Assembly: GCA_963758495.1 (NCBI GenBank)
Contig: CAVWVI010000003.1
Coordinates: 64,001 to 128,000 of the forward strand
Reading direction: 5' to 3'
Source: Oligoflexia bacterium
GTDB taxonomy: Bacteria; Bdellovibrionota; UBA1018
DNA: 64,000 bases
In this document: positions 16,542 to 27,645 of the stretch, one piece after another
How the letters are laid out: every line of letters begins with the position of its first letter
How positions within the stretch are numbered: the first letter of the stretch is position 1
Program-made: the position numbers and the translations under genes
The notes under the pieces: model-generated
Told to the model about the DNA's origin: nothing
The model's database searches: none
What the model saw: the letters and a program-made list of their open reading frames with translations, nothing else

Positions 16542-18224
16542 TTAGTGAGTCAATTTCTTGAACTTCATCCGATGAGGCTGGACCGCCTCAGCCCCTAACC
16601 GCTTTTTCTTATCTTCTTCGTAATCCTGAAAATTACCTTCCACCAGTACGACGCTACTGTCTCCTTCGAAAGCTAAAATATGAGTACAAATTCTATCTAA
16701 AAACCAACGATCATGGCTGATCACCAAAGCGCACCCAGCAAAATTCAGAAGAGCATCTTCCAACGCTCTCAGTGTATTTACATCTAAGTCATTTGTCGGT
16801 TCATCGAGCAAAAGAACATTTCCGCCAGATTTTAAGATTTTAGCTAAATGAACCCGATTTCTTTCACCGCCCGAAAGATTCCCGACCTTCTTTTGTTGAT
16901 CTCCACCTGTAAAATTAAATCGAGCACAATAGGCACGAGATTGAACTTCCCGATTTCCTAATAAGATCGTCTCATTCTTTCCATCAGAAATTTCTTCCCA
17001 TACTGACTTTTCTGGATCCAGCGCATCTCTAGACTGATCCACATAAGCCATTTGTACTGTATCACCTATTCTTATGGTTCCCTGGTCTGGCTTTTCTTGC
17101 CCAGTCAACATTCTAAAAAGTGTCGTTTTTCCGGCACCGTTTCCACCTATAATTCCGACTAAACTAGCGGGAGGAATATTAAATGAAAAATCATCAAATA
17201 AAACTTTGTCATTAAATCCTTTTGAAATTTTATTTCCTTCAATGACAAGGTTTCCTAATCGCGGACCTGATGGAATATGAATTTCTACTTCTTCAATACG
17301 GTCTGGACGATCTTCTGCTAATAGCTTCTCATAAGCACCTACACGGGCCTTGCTCTTCGCCTGTCTTGCACGAGGACTCATTCGAATCCACTCTAATTCA
17401 CGTTCTAAGCTTTTTTGTCTCTTCGTTTCTTGCTTTTCTTCCTGTTCAAGGCGTTTAGCTTTTTGTTCTAGCCATGACGAATAATTTCCTTCCCAAGGAA
17501 TTCCATGACCCCGATCGAGTTCCAAAATCCATCCAGCAATATTATCTAAGAAATAACGATCGTGAGTGACTGCAACGACGGTTCCTTGATAATTCTTTAA
17601 AAACTGCTCTAACCAACTCACTGACTCCGCATCCAAATGATTGGTAGGCTCATCGAGAAGCAAAATATCGGGTTTTTGTAATAATAACTTACACAGAGCC
17701 ACTCGCCGCCGCTCTCCTCCAGAGAGATGCTTCACGTTCTCATCAGAGGGAGGGAGTCGGAGAGCATCCATAGCAATGTCGAGAGTTCTATCTAAGTCCC
17801 ATCCATTTGCATGTTCAATTTTTTCCTGAACCTCTGCTTGTTCGGATAAAAGCTTTTCCATTTTATCTGGATCAAGATCTGGATTGGCAAATTCTTCATT
17901 AATCTGTTCAAATCGCTTCAGCCATTTAACCAGATCCCCTAACCCTTCTTGCACATTTTCGCGAACTGTTTTTGAATCATCCAAGACAGGCTCTTGAGGT
18001 AGATATCCCACAGAAATTCCGTCCCCTGGACGAGCTTCCCCATTAAAATTTTTCTCCACTCCTGCCATAATCCGGAGCAAAGTCGATTTACCAGATCCGT
18101 TAAGTCCTAAAACTCCAATTTTTGCGCCGTAATAAAAAGAGAGATAAATATCACGAAGAACCTGTTTATTAGGTGGATAAATTTTCCCTACGCCCTGCAT
18201 TGAAAATGCGAATTTTTGTGCCAT
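16542..18224 (-). CDS. ettA: Energy-dependent translational throttle ABC-F protein EttA
   Basis: [18 protein letters not shown], two ABC domains, ARQAKSKAR linker. Confidence 0.95.
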   Translation of the reverse strand: MAQKFAFSMQGVGKIYPPNKQVLRDIYLSFYYGAKIGVLGLNGSGKSTLLRIMAGVEKNFNGEARPGDGISVGYLPQEPVLDDSKTVRENVQEGLGDLVKWLKRFEQINEEFANPDLDPDKMEKLLSEQAEVQEKIEHANGWDLDRTLDIAMDALRLPPSDENVKHLSGGERRRVALCKLLLQKPDILLLDEPTNHLDAESVSWLEQFLKNYQGTVVAVTHDRYFLDNIAGWILELDRGHGIPWEGNYSSWLEQKAKRLEQEEKQETKRQKSLERELEWIRMSPRARQAKSKARVGAYEKLLAEDRPDRIEEVEIHIPSGPRLGNLVIEGNKISKGFNDKVLFDDFSFNIPPASLVGIIGGNGAGKTTLFRMLTGQEKPDQGTIRIGDTVQMAYVDQSRDALDPEKSVWEEISDGKNETILLGNREVQSRAYCARFNFTGGDQQKKVGNLSGGERNRVHLAKILKSGGNVLLLDEPTNDLDVNTLRALEDALLNFAGCALVISHDRWFLDRICTHILAFEGDSSVVLVEGNFQDYEEDKKKRLGAEAVQPHRMKFKKLTH

Positions 18225-18320
18225 TTGAAATCACTTATACCTTCTTTTTAGATCCTGTACAATCCTAAGAGGCCTCATAAAGTACTTTGAAGCCACTCAA
18301 ATCAAGAGTATTTTAAGAAA

Positions 18321-19847
18321 ATGACTTTTCCCAGAGAGGAACCCCTCGTGAGATACCTCAGATACGTGCCATCTGTAATTTTAAAGGTAAGTAGTCCCCT
18401 CATTCTGATTACTTTCGTCTTAATCAGCTTAAATACTTCTGCCGAAGCCGCCGTACCCAAGCTTAGCTTAGAAGCCTTCCTCTACGAGGTAAAAGATAAA
18501 AACACAGCAGTCAAAGGAGCCATCATACAAACTCAGAGCAGCCAGCTCCGATCTCAAGAAGGACAACTCCTTCTCGCCCCCACCGCTTTTATAAATACAC
18601 AAGTAACCGTCGATGCAAAGATTCCCCAAACTTCCCTAATCAGCTTTGACAACCAGGTTACTAAAACAGTTTCATTCGGACTTAAACAACTTACTTCTTT
18701 TGGATTGCTAGGCAGTCTTCATTATGATCTTTTCTCTCAATACTATAATAACCCGATTTCCTTTGTAAATATCCCTGGTGTGCCAAGCTTAGTTCCAGAT
18801 TCCTATGTGAACGCTTTTCCAGTGCTCGAATTGACCCAAAGCCTGTGGAGCAATGGCATGGGTCGCTCGACAAAAGCAACCCAAGAGCAAATTGAAGCTC
18901 AAGCACTTTCCTCAAGCTATAGCGCGAGTTTTCAGGCTAAATTAGATTTGACACAAGCGGAGACCCATTATTGGCGCCTCGCCGTCGCTAGGCAAACCAT
19001 TACCGTACAATCACAAGCACTCAATCGTGCCAAAAAAATTTACGATTGGAACGTTCATCAAGCTCGGCTTCATTTACGAGATGAATCTGACGTAGTACAA
19101 GCAGAAGCTCTTTTGCAATCACGAGAATTGGATCTTCTATCATCAAAAAATGAAGAAAAATCGGCCGCGCGGGCTTTTAATTCTTCTAGAAATATAAATT
19201 CAGATCAGGTGAATGATCAACTCGTTGAAATTGACCCAAAATTCATCGACCAAATTCAGGTTCCTGAAAAAGCACCTTTCAGAGACGATGTAAAAGCCGC
19301 TCAACAAACTGCTCGAGCCAGCATCGCAAATTCAAAAATAGCTCTCGAAAGAGATCTTCCTACTTTCGAAGTTTTCGCCTCAGTGGCACTCAATGGACAA
19401 CAAGGATACACCACTTTCACTCAACTATCCGATGCCATTGGACCTTCCTTCTCTCTCAATCGCCCCACTGAAACGATTGGTATCCGTTTCACCGCTCCCC
19501 TCGATTTTAGCACTACTAGAAATAGTCGCGCAGGTTGGGAACAGGAAAGTATCGCAGCAGAGCTCAATTATGATCGAAAAGTATTTGAACAGGAACAAAG
19601 CTGGAAAGATCTAAATCAAACTCTCCAGGAATCCAAGCAACAGCTTAAGCTCTCCCAAAAGTTGGAGTCCATTCAGGAAAAGAAGTTAAATATTGAAAGA
19701 GATCGCCTGACGCGAGGCCGCACTACTACTTATCAAGTACTCTTATTTGAGCAAGATTACCTACTCGCCCAATTGGTGCGCATTCGTAATCAAGCCACTA
19801 TATTGAACATTATCCCGCAGATGAAACTCTTTGGAGAATCTCTATGA
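18321..19847 (+). CDS. TolC-family outer membrane protein
   Basis: Signal peptide, helical OEP-like repeats, GRTTTYQVL C-terminal motif; overlaps the RND start. Confidence 0.8.
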   Translation: MTFPREEPLVRYLRYVPSVILKVSSPLILITFVLISLNTSAEAAVPKLSLEAFLYEVKDKNTAVKGAIIQTQSSQLRSQEGQLLLAPTAFINTQVTVDAKIPQTSLISFDNQVTKTVSFGLKQLTSFGLLGSLHYDLFSQYYNNPISFVNIPGVPSLVPDSYVNAFPVLELTQSLWSNGMGRSTKATQEQIEAQALSSSYSASFQAKLDLTQAETHYWRLAVARQTITVQSQALNRAKKIYDWNVHQARLHLRDESDVVQAEALLQSRELDLLSSKNEEKSAARAFNSSRNINSDQVNDQLVEIDPKFIDQIQVPEKAPFRDDVKAAQQTARASIANSKIALERDLPTFEVFASVALNGQQGYTTFTQLSDAIGPSFSLNRPTETIGIRFTAPLDFSTTRNSRAGWEQESIAAELNYDRKVFEQEQSWKDLNQTLQESKQQLKLSQKLESIQEKKLNIERDRLTRGRTTTYQVLLFEQDYLLAQLVRIRNQATILNIIPQMKLFGESL

Positions 19848-22800
19848 GTCTAGCCGACGTATCTATTAAGAGACCTATCTTTATTACTTGCATCGTTATC
19901 GTCATGTTGGCGGTAGGGATACTCGCCATGCAAAATATGGGTGTAGATTTATTTCCAGATGTTACTTTTCCGGTAGTGACGATCACGACCCCCTATCCCG
20001 GTGCAGGCCCATCTGAAATTGAGACTCTCGTTTCAAAACCTTTAGAAGACGAAATCAGCACCCTTGCTGGAATTAAGAGACTCACCTCTGTGAACTCAGA
20101 AGGCTTTAGTCGAGTCATTGCAGAATTTACTTTAGAAACTGACATTAAATATGCGGAACAACAAATTCGAGATCGAGTCGGAGCTACAAAATCTAAACTT
20201 CCTCTTGATACTAAAGAGCCTGTCATACGAAGAATCGATCCTTCCGATCAACCCGTCCTTCAACTTTCGCTCAATGCAGATCTTCCTGACAGTCAGCTTT
20301 ATGATGTGGCCGATGACATCATCCGTCCCAAGCTCGAACAAGTCAGTCAAGTCGGTGTTGTAGATATCGTCGGTGGAAAAAAACGTGAGATCCATGTAGC
20401 GCTAGATCGATCCAAACTCAAAGCCCGAGAACTCTCGGTGACCTCTATCGTCAATCAACTGAACGCAACAGGTGAAAACGTCCCCAGTGGAAAGGTCGAT
20501 CAAGGAAATAAAGAAACGGTATTTAGAACTTTAGGTGAGTTTAAATCTCTAGAGGAAATCGGCCATACGGTAGTCAACTTTTTCGGAAGTGACGTACCCA
20601 TCACATTGAACCAAGTAGGTCATGTCATTGATACTGTCGAAGACGAGACGTCTAGAGCCTATGTGAACGGTAAAAAGGCTCTGCTTTTGAACGTTTATCG
20701 ACAAACTGGAGCCAACACGATTGCAGTGGTTGATGCTCTAAAAAAACGCATGGGTAATCTGAATAACGAACTCCAACGGCAAGTGGGTCAGCCTAAACTC
20801 ACGATTGTCCGAGATGGAAGCACTTGGATTCGTGTGAATGTGGATGACGTTAAAGAATCCATATTAATGGGTATTTTTCTCGCGGTAGTCGTTGTGTTTT
20901 TTTTCTTGGGGAGTGGCCGCTCCACCCTGATTACCGGGCTCGCACTTCCGAACTCTTTGATTGGCGCTTTCATTCTTATGGCAGCGTGCGGATTTACGAT
21001 CAACATTATGACACTTTTGGCATTAAGCCTTTCTGTCGGATTACTCATTGATGATGCGATTGTCGTTCGAGAAAATATTTTCAGGCACATTGAATTGGGA
21101 GAGACGCCTTTTCAAGCAGCTAAAAAAGGGACTGCGGAAGTCCAGCTTGCAGTAATAGCAACCACCCTCACCGTAATCGCCGTCTTTGCTCCGATAGGAT
21201 TTCTCAAAGGAGTCACTGGACAATTTTTTCGCCAATTTGGTTTGACCATTTGTTTTGCAATGGCCATTAGCCTTTTTGATGCTCTCACCATAGCACCCAT
21301 GCTCTCAGCATATTTTGCAGGAGCTACTCATACTGCAGCAAATACATCGACACTGTGGGGCAAAACAGTAGGAAGACTCCTTCGGGGATTTGACTCTTTC
21401 CAAACTTGGCTCGAAAATAAATACGAGAGTATCATTCGTTTTACGTTACGACGCCCACTGTTCGTCTTAGGCACAAGTTTCTTGATTTTTCTAGGGAGCT
21501 GCTCCGTCGTACGCTTTGTTCCCAAAACGTTTATCCCCCCCCAGGATGCCGGAGAGTTTTCATTAGGATTAGACCTTCCCCCAGGAACTAACTTAGAACG
21601 TATGAATCAAGTTGCAGCGAAAGTAGATGCCGTTCTTCGGGCTAATAAAGAAGTGGCCCTGTCAGCCATGTCGATTGGAAGCCAAGATGGAAAAACAGAA
21701 GTCGCTGACTTCTACGTGAGACTAGTTCCTACACATGAACGAACTTTAAACACCATTCAATTTAAAGAGAAGCTCCGAAATCAGCTTAAAGACTTTGCCT
21801 ATGCAAACCCCCAAGTTAAAGACTACGACGCAGTGGGAGGAGGACAACGCCCATTCAATGTAAATCTGATTGGACTTGACCAAAAAGAACTCGAACGCGT
21901 AGCCACTGAAGCCTTCGCCATTATCAAAAAACATCCTGGCTTAAAGGATGTTGATATGAATTTTCGCCCAGGTAAGCCTGAATTTCAAGTCAAGCTCGAT
22001 CCTGTAAAATCAAAAGCATTAGGAATTTCTACCCCATCACTGGGACAAGAGTTACGTGCTCAAATTGAGGGAATCACGCCTGCAAAGTTTAGAGTCTTAG
22101 GACGAGAATACGACATTCGGGTCAGACTCCAAGATGATCAAAGAAATTTGAGAGACTCTTTTAATAAAACTTATGTTCCCAATATCAACAAAAACTTAGT
22201 TAAACTTGCAGATGTTGCCACGCCCAACGAAACAGATGGCCCTGCAACCATTAATCGACAAGACCGAGGACGTCTCATTACGATTTCGGGTGATATCGCG
22301 CCTGGAGCGGGTCTAGGAGAAATTTTAAATGATGTAACCCAGATTCTTGAAAACCAAGTCAAACTTCCTTTAGGAATGCGCTACGTCTTTGTGGGGCAAG
22401 CAGAGAACTTTCAGGAGCTTGGACAAAGCATGGCATTAGCTATGGGGTTTGGAATTCTTTTTATCTTCTTGGTTCTTGCCAGTCTTTATGAATCATTTGT
22501 GACTCCTTTTACCATTATGCTGGCACTCCCCTTAGCTATCTGTGGTTCACTCGTCGCACTCTTTATTACGCATCAATCACTGAATATCTTTTCCATGATT
22601 GGAGTAATTATGCTTTTAGGTGTGGCAACTAAAAACTCTATCCTGCTAGTTGACTATGCCCATCAACTCATTAACCAAGGCCTGACTCGATCTGAAGCTC
22701 TTGTTAAAGCTGGAAAAACGCGTCTCAGACCTATTCTGATGACAACCATGGCATTGATTGCCGGAACAACGCCTGTTGCTCTAGGACTCAACGAAGCTTC

Positions 22801-23041
22801 ACGCCAACGCACCAGTATGGGCGTCGCGATCATTGGAGGATTGATCAGCTCGACACTGCTCACCCTGATTGTGGTCCCCGCAGCATTTTCATACATAGAC
22901 CGCTTCAGGATTTGGAGCCAATCTACTTTAAAGAAACTCACGTCGGCGGCACCCCACTCGGATGAAAAAACCGCTACTGGCGTAATTGAGAACGGTCACA
23001 ATGAACAGAATGCCCCGCAGCCCGCACTGGATCGTACTTAG
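19844..23041 (+). CDS. RND efflux transporter permease (AcrB/AcrD/AcrF family)
   Basis: YPGAGPSEIE, GLLIDDAIVVRENI, KNSILLVD and RLRPILMTT motifs. Confidence 0.95.
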   Translation: MSLADVSIKRPIFITCIVIVMLAVGILAMQNMGVDLFPDVTFPVVTITTPYPGAGPSEIETLVSKPLEDEISTLAGIKRLTSVNSEGFSRVIAEFTLETDIKYAEQQIRDRVGATKSKLPLDTKEPVIRRIDPSDQPVLQLSLNADLPDSQLYDVADDIIRPKLEQVSQVGVVDIVGGKKREIHVALDRSKLKARELSVTSIVNQLNATGENVPSGKVDQGNKETVFRTLGEFKSLEEIGHTVVNFFGSDVPITLNQVGHVIDTVEDETSRAYVNGKKALLLNVYRQTGANTIAVVDALKKRMGNLNNELQRQVGQPKLTIVRDGSTWIRVNVDDVKESILMGIFLAVVVVFFFLGSGRSTLITGLALPNSLIGAFILMAACGFTINIMTLLALSLSVGLLIDDAIVVRENIFRHIELGETPFQAAKKGTAEVQLAVIATTLTVIAVFAPIGFLKGVTGQFFRQFGLTICFAMAISLFDALTIAPMLSAYFAGATHTAANTSTLWGKTVGRLLRGFDSFQTWLENKYESIIRFTLRRPLFVLGTSFLIFLGSCSVVRFVPKTFIPPQDAGEFSLGLDLPPGTNLERMNQVAAKVDAVLRANKEVALSAMSIGSQDGKTEVADFYVRLVPTHERTLNTIQFKEKLRNQLKDFAYANPQVKDYDAVGGGQRPFNVNLIGLDQKELERVATEAFAIIKKHPGLKDVDMNFRPGKPEFQVKLDPVKSKALGISTPSLGQELRAQIEGITPAKFRVLGREYDIRVRLQDDQRNLRDSFNKTYVPNINKNLVKLADVATPNETDGPATINRQDRGRLITISGDIAPGAGLGEILNDVTQILENQVKLPLGMRYVFVGQAENFQELGQSMALAMGFGILFIFLVLASLYESFVTPFTIMLALPLAICGSLVALFITHQSLNIFSMIGVIMLLGVATKNSILLVDYAHQLINQGLTRSEALVKAGKTRLRPILMTTMALIAGTTPVALGLNEASRQRTSMGVAIIGGLISSTLLTLIVVPAAFSYIDRFRIWSQSTLKKLTSAAPHSDEKTATGVIENGHNEQNAPQPALDRT

Positions 23042-23792
23042 CTTTCGCTTCAGGCATGTTCTCTTGTAAGGCCAAGATTCGATTTTCACTGGCAGGGTGG
23101 TCAGAAAGCCACTGTGGAGGCGTATTTCCTCTAGAGGCGGCAATCATATTTTTCCAAAGCTCAACACTTTGGCGAGGATCAAAACCGGAACGGGCCATAA
23201 GATCCAAACCTACTAAATCCGCTTCAGTTTCTTGTGTCCTACTAAAGGGCAAAGTAATGCCGACTTGCGTCCCAAGTCCTAATAGACTCATCAATGCATC
23301 CCTATGGGGATTTGATGCAGTAATCACTCCCAGAGCAGCCAAACCCAACTCGGTCCCAGCTTGCTGTGACACCCGCTCATCTCCATGTTTAGAAATGACA
23401 TGGCCAATCTCATGAGCAAGAATGGTAGCTACTTGAGCATCTGTTTTGGCAACTTTTAAAATACCTGAATAAACTCCAATTTTACCACCTGGTAACGCAA
23501 AGGCATTCGCTTCATCATTTTTAAATATAACTACATCCCACTTCCTAACAGAGGTCTGAGATTTTGCAGCCTCTGTCAGGGGCTTTACAATACATTGGAT
23601 ATAACTCATGAGAGCAGGATCCGAGTCTATGGGTTGAGAAGCCTTGATTTGCTGAAAGGCTTGCACTCCCATGGCATCCATCTGACTCTCAGGAACAAGA
23701 AGGAGTTGCTTACGCCCTAATGGAGAAGTCGCACAAGCCAAGGTAAAAAGGATCGGTAATATAGAAAAGAAACCGCTCCAACGCAGCATCAA
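22974..23792 (-). CDS. M48 family metallopeptidase lipoprotein
   Basis: LAC lipobox; NAFALPGGK, HEIGH, FSRTQETEAD and LSDHP motifs. Its 3' end overlaps the RND 3' end by 68 nt. Confidence 0.9.
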   Translation of the reverse strand: MMLRWSGFFSILPILFTLACATSPLGRKQLLLVPESQMDAMGVQAFQQIKASQPIDSDPALMSYIQCIVKPLTEAAKSQTSVRKWDVVIFKNDEANAFALPGGKIGVYSGILKVAKTDAQVATILAHEIGHVISKHGDERVSQQAGTELGLAALGVITASNPHRDALMSLLGLGTQVGITLPFSRTQETEADLVGLDLMARSGFDPRQSVELWKNMIAASRGNTPPQWLSDHPASENRILALQENMPEAKAKYDPVRAAGHSVHCDRSQLRQ

Positions 23793-23807
23793 TACCCCTC
23801 TTCTTGA

Positions 23808-24374
23808 TTAAATAGCCACGACTTCTTGAATTTCTGGAATAGCTTGACGCAATCGAGTTTCAATTCCCATTTTCAGCGTCGCAGTGGAACTTGGACAACC
23901 ACTACAAGCACCTTGAAGATAGAGATACACGGTGCCGTCTTCATATTTTTCAAAAGTAATATCGCCGCCATCCATCGCTACTGCTGGGCGAATTTCATTA
24001 TCTAAAATTTCCCGAATTTTATTCTCAATTTCAGTTTGCCCGCCCTTATGGGCCTCTCGGGGTTCCAAGTCATTCAAAATCGGTTCATTGAGAGTAAGAT
24101 GTTGTTCAATAATTTGAGATGAACTTTTATGAACCACATCCCAATCGCCCTCTTCTGTTTTTGTGACAGTGACAAAATTCTTACCTAGCATCACTCCAGA
24201 AATTCCAGGAACAGCAAACAGCTTTGCCGCCAAAGGAGAGCGACTCTCTGCATCTTCTTTTTTTACAAAATTAGCAGCGCCCTTTTCCAAAAGCTGGCGA
24301 TTCACTGAATACTTGAGGGTATTAGGATTGGGCGTAAACTCTAAAGAAACATAAACATTTGATTCAGTGGACAT
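23808..24374 (-). CDS. NifU/Nfu family Fe-S scaffold protein
   Basis: TPNPNTLK N-domain and IRPAVAMDGGD...GACSGCPSS. Confidence 0.92.
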   Translation of the reverse strand: MSTESNVYVSLEFTPNPNTLKYSVNRQLLEKGAANFVKKEDAESRSPLAAKLFAVPGISGVMLGKNFVTVTKTEEGDWDVVHKSSSQIIEQHLTLNEPILNDLEPREAHKGGQTEIENKIREILDNEIRPAVAMDGGDITFEKYEDGTVYLYLQGACSGCPSSTATLKMGIETRLRQAIPEIQEVVAI

Positions 24375-24468
24375 ATAAAACCTCACATGATTATTTTATC
24401 TAATTTTTCGTTCTTATAACACACCGAAATTTCTACGAAAATAGAATAAAATAGGTATTATAGATAAC

Positions 24469-25170
24469 ATGAGACCGACCTTACTAGACTATTGTTTTCA
24501 TTTACCAATTCTATCTATCCAAATTTTTGTTTTTTACGCTTTTTTCTTTATACAGGGTGCAATTGCCGCTCCCACTCCTCTTTCGCAAGTCGAATTTGAC
24601 CGCCTCGAAGAAAGCACAGTCTACCTTAAAAGACCGGCTGGCAGCACCCTCCCTCCCTCATTCAAAACAGACCTTTTCGATGTGAGTTACGTGGGTACCT
24701 TGCACCCCTCCGATGGCACCCTTCCTTATATTTTTCTAAGCGGAAAGCATTGCCAAAACTGCTCTGAGGATCGTGGCATTTTTGCAGTCCGTCCTCTTCA
24801 AAACAAGCCGACTTCCTTTATCTATCCTGGAAAAATATTTGACTATCAAAAACGTAATTTAGTTTTTGAATCGAGAGCTTTTTTAGGAAAATGCGTCCCG
24901 CATAAAGGAGACGTTTTTATTGTATTTCAAAGTGAGCAGGTGGATCGCCACGGCATGCAACCCAGCGTATTTATCGCTGAAGCTGCAAAATATTTTTTAG
25001 ACGAAACATTGTTTGAAGGACACTTTTCCTCAAAAAGGAAACGAAATTGGGTTTCAGTCAAGGGACCTGTCCCTTCCATCTCGACAACACTTGCCCTCGT
25101 GAAGAAAAAATCTTGTATTGAAATCGAAGGGCGTAATCGATTCACACCCAAAGTAACCGCACAACCATGA
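24469..25170 (+). CDS. Hypothetical secreted protein
   Basis: Hydrophobic N-terminus, CxxC, long ORF. Confidence 0.6.
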   Translation: MRPTLLDYCFHLPILSIQIFVFYAFFFIQGAIAAPTPLSQVEFDRLEESTVYLKRPAGSTLPPSFKTDLFDVSYVGTLHPSDGTLPYIFLSGKHCQNCSEDRGIFAVRPLQNKPTSFIYPGKIFDYQKRNLVFESRAFLGKCVPHKGDVFIVFQSEQVDRHGMQPSVFIAEAAKYFLDETLFEGHFSSKRKRNWVSVKGPVPSISTTLALVKKKSCIEIEGRNRFTPKVTAQP

Positions 25171-25240
25171 GTGACCCTCGGCGTATTGCAAATTTCGGGT
25201 AACAAGACATACTCTTTTCTCTTGAAGGAGAGTTTACCCT

Positions 25241-25732
25241 ATGCAGACTCCAACGATGTTCATTTCTACTGACGCGATTGATGATCATGGTGAATTTGAC
25301 CCAAGATACACTTGTGACATCGATAACTCATCTCCAGAACTTCGCTGGGGCAATGTCCCACCGGGAACAGTCGGTTTTGCTCTGATTGCTGAAGACCCCG
25401 ATTCTTCTCACGGATTATTTACTCATTGGATGATTTATAATATTCCTTCCAATGTCCATCATTTACCTGCAGGCATTCCTCCACAAGAATCGCTTCCCAA
25501 CGGAATACGGCAAGGCATCAATAGTTTTGGAAAATTAGGATATTCGGGACCTTGCCCACCTCCAGGAGACTCTGCGCATCGTTATTTCTTCAGACTCTTC
25601 GCACTGACCCAACTTCCAGAACTCCCTCAGCGTGTCCAACGAGAACAACTCCTCCATGCACTAGAACCCTTTGTTTTGGCACGTGCAGATATTATGGGGC
25701 ACTATCGTAGAACCATCCAAAGAGCAGGATAA
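25241..25732 (+). CDS. YbhB/YbcL family (PEBP-like) protein
   Basis: SPELRW, EDPD...FTHW, GYSGPCPP and HRYFF motifs. Confidence 0.92.
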   Translation: MQTPTMFISTDAIDDHGEFDPRYTCDIDNSSPELRWGNVPPGTVGFALIAEDPDSSHGLFTHWMIYNIPSNVHHLPAGIPPQESLPNGIRQGINSFGKLGYSGPCPPPGDSAHRYFFRLFALTQLPELPQRVQREQLLHALEPFVLARADIMGHYRRTIQRAG

Positions 25733-25734
25733 AG

Positions 25735-25750
25735 TGGCATTTCAATTGCA
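25735..25750 (+). promoter_or_regulatory. sigma-54 promoter
   Basis: TGGCATTTCAATTGCA (GG-N10-GC), 41 nt before the ATG at 25792. Confidence 0.7.
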
Positions 25751-25791
25751 TTTAGTCTCCGCAACGAAAGACTTTCACAAAGGAGACCTCC

Positions 25792-26217
25792 ATGAAAAAA
25801 CTGATCGCTTTCACATCGATTGGCTTAAGTATTGGATTCGCAATCGCACTTGCAAACGCTGAAGACAATTCAATGCCGAAAGATAACACTTCCGATACCT
25901 CATCATCCATGTCTACCTCTACTCAACAGCCTGGGACAGTAGATACGACCTCAAGTGATACGAGTAGTAATACCCCAAGTTCAAATGACTCATCGATGAA
26001 ATCAACTACCACCACCTCTCAATCGACTGATGTAAAATCATCAAAAACTTGCACAGACGAAAGCGGAGTGACTCACCGCCGTGGTCAAAAAGGTTTCAAG
26101 CAGTGTATGCAGAGCATGAACAAAAGCAAACATGACCCAAGTCAAATGGGTGGATCTACTCCACCCAGTTCGGATACCACTGGATCTAAAGATACGTCTG
26201 AAAGTGGTTCATCATAA
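25792..26217 (+). CDS. Secreted Ser/Thr-rich protein
   Basis: AGGAG RBS, signal peptide (ANA-E), low-complexity S/T/D tracts around a small two-Cys motif. Confidence 0.75.
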   Translation: MKKLIAFTSIGLSIGFAIALANAEDNSMPKDNTSDTSSSMSTSTQQPGTVDTTSSDTSSNTPSSNDSSMKSTTTTSQSTDVKSSKTCTDESGVTHRRGQKGFKQCMQSMNKSKHDPSQMGGSTPPSSDTTGSKDTSESGSS

Positions 26218-26246
26218 ATAACAGACTGTGTGAGTACGGGACAACC

Positions 26247-26287
26247 GAGGCCGACGCATAGCAAAGATTCGTCGGCCTCCTTCTTTT
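26247..26287 (+). terminator. Intrinsic terminator
   Basis: GAGGCCGACG...CGTCGGCCTC stem followed by CTTCTTTT. Confidence 0.65.
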
Positions 26288-26325
26288 ATTTTTCTGATCG
26301 CCCACAATTATGTTATCCAAAATGC

Positions 26326-27645
26326 ATGGCCAAGATCAAAAATATTAAAGCAAGAGAACTTTTAGATTCACGGGGATTTCCCACAGTTGAAGTAGAACTA
26401 GAAATGGATGATGCTCGTCATTCGGGCCAAACAGTGGTGGGTCGATCCATGGTTCCTTCAGGTGCTTCAACAGGAGAAGGTGAAGCTCTAGAATTACGGG
26501 ACGGAGATATCACACGCTACCAGGGCAAAGGTGTTCTTAAAGCAGTTCAAAATATTCGGGAAAAAATAGCACCTGCTCTCCTAGGAAGAGACTTTCCCTT
26601 ACAGTCCTTACTTGATGACACACTTCGTGATTTGGATGGCACACCCAATAAATCTAAACTGGGTGCAAATGCAATTTTAGGCGTAAGCATGGCGTTTACT
26701 CGTGCTGAATCTTTGTCTCAGCATATTTCTACTGATCAACTCATCGCCTCAATATTTGGAAGCACAGGTACTGTTCTTCCGGTTCCTTTAATGAATATTT
26801 TAAACGGCGGGAAACATGCGGACAATGACCTTGCTATTCAAGAATTCATGATTGTTCCAGTGGGTTTTAATCGGTTCTCCGAAGCGCTCCGAGCTGGAAC
26901 AGAAGTTTTCCATCGTCTCAAAAAAATTCTGTCTCATCAGGGATTATCAACTGGAGTAGGAGATGAAGGCGGCTTTGCTCCCCACTTCAAGGGTGAAAAG
27001 GTTCATGAACAGGCACTTTTGGCGATCTTGCAGGCCATCTCTGACGCAGGTTATAAACCTGGCACAGATATCCTTTTAGCCATTGATGCTGCCGCAAGTG
27101 AATTTGCAGATGGTCAAAACAGTTATAAATTTGAAAATAAGCGAATTTCATCAGAAGAAATGACATCGATCTATGCACAATGGGTTAAAGATTTTTCAGT
27201 CATCTCAATCGAAGACGGATTAGCAGAACACGATTGGCAGGGATGGAAACAGTTGACGCAAACTCTCGGCAATCAATGCCAACTCGTTGGAGATGATATT
27301 TTTGTAACCAACCCCATTTTTTTGAAACAAGGCATCGATAAGCACGTTGCAAATGCTATTTTAATCAAGTTAAATCAAATAGGGACCGTAACTGAGACTC
27401 TGGAAACTATGAAACTTGCAAAACAGACAGGATACAATTCTATCATTTCTCATCGAAGTGGAGAGACGGAAGACACCTTTATAGCAGACTTAGCGGTAGG
27501 TACTGATTGTGGTCAGATTAAAACAGGATCAGCGTCTCGCACAGATCGAATAGCAAAATACAATCAACTTCTACGACTCGAAGAAAAGTTGGGCGAGAAT
27601 GCAAAATTTAGTGGCATGAAGATATTTCGGAGATTTCTGGAGTGA
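26326..27645 (+). CDS. eno: Enolase
   Basis: DSRGFPTVEVE, VPSGASTG, GDEGGFAP, SHRSGETED and QIKTGS motifs; start reassigned to MAKIK. Confidence 0.97.
   Translation: MAKIKNIKARELLDSRGFPTVEVELEMDDARHSGQTVVGRSMVPSGASTGEGEALELRDGDITRYQGKGVLKAVQNIREKIAPALLGRDFPLQSLLDDTLRDLDGTPNKSKLGANAILGVSMAFTRAESLSQHISTDQLIASIFGSTGTVLPVPLMNILNGGKHADNDLAIQEFMIVPVGFNRFSEALRAGTEVFHRLKKILSHQGLSTGVGDEGGFAPHFKGEKVHEQALLAILQAISDAGYKPGTDILLAIDAAASEFADGQNSYKFENKRISSEEMTSIYAQWVKDFSVISIEDGLAEHDWQGWKQLTQTLGNQCQLVGDDIFVTNPIFLKQGIDKHVANAILIKLNQIGTVTETLETMKLAKQTGYNSIISHRSGETEDTFIADLAVGTDCGQIKTGSASRTDRIAKYNQLLRLEEKLGENAKFSGMKIFRRFLE

Noticed and set aside
26230..26325. N-terminal extension of enolase in the ORF track
   Set aside because: Spans the upstream terminator; family homology starts at the ATG at 26326.
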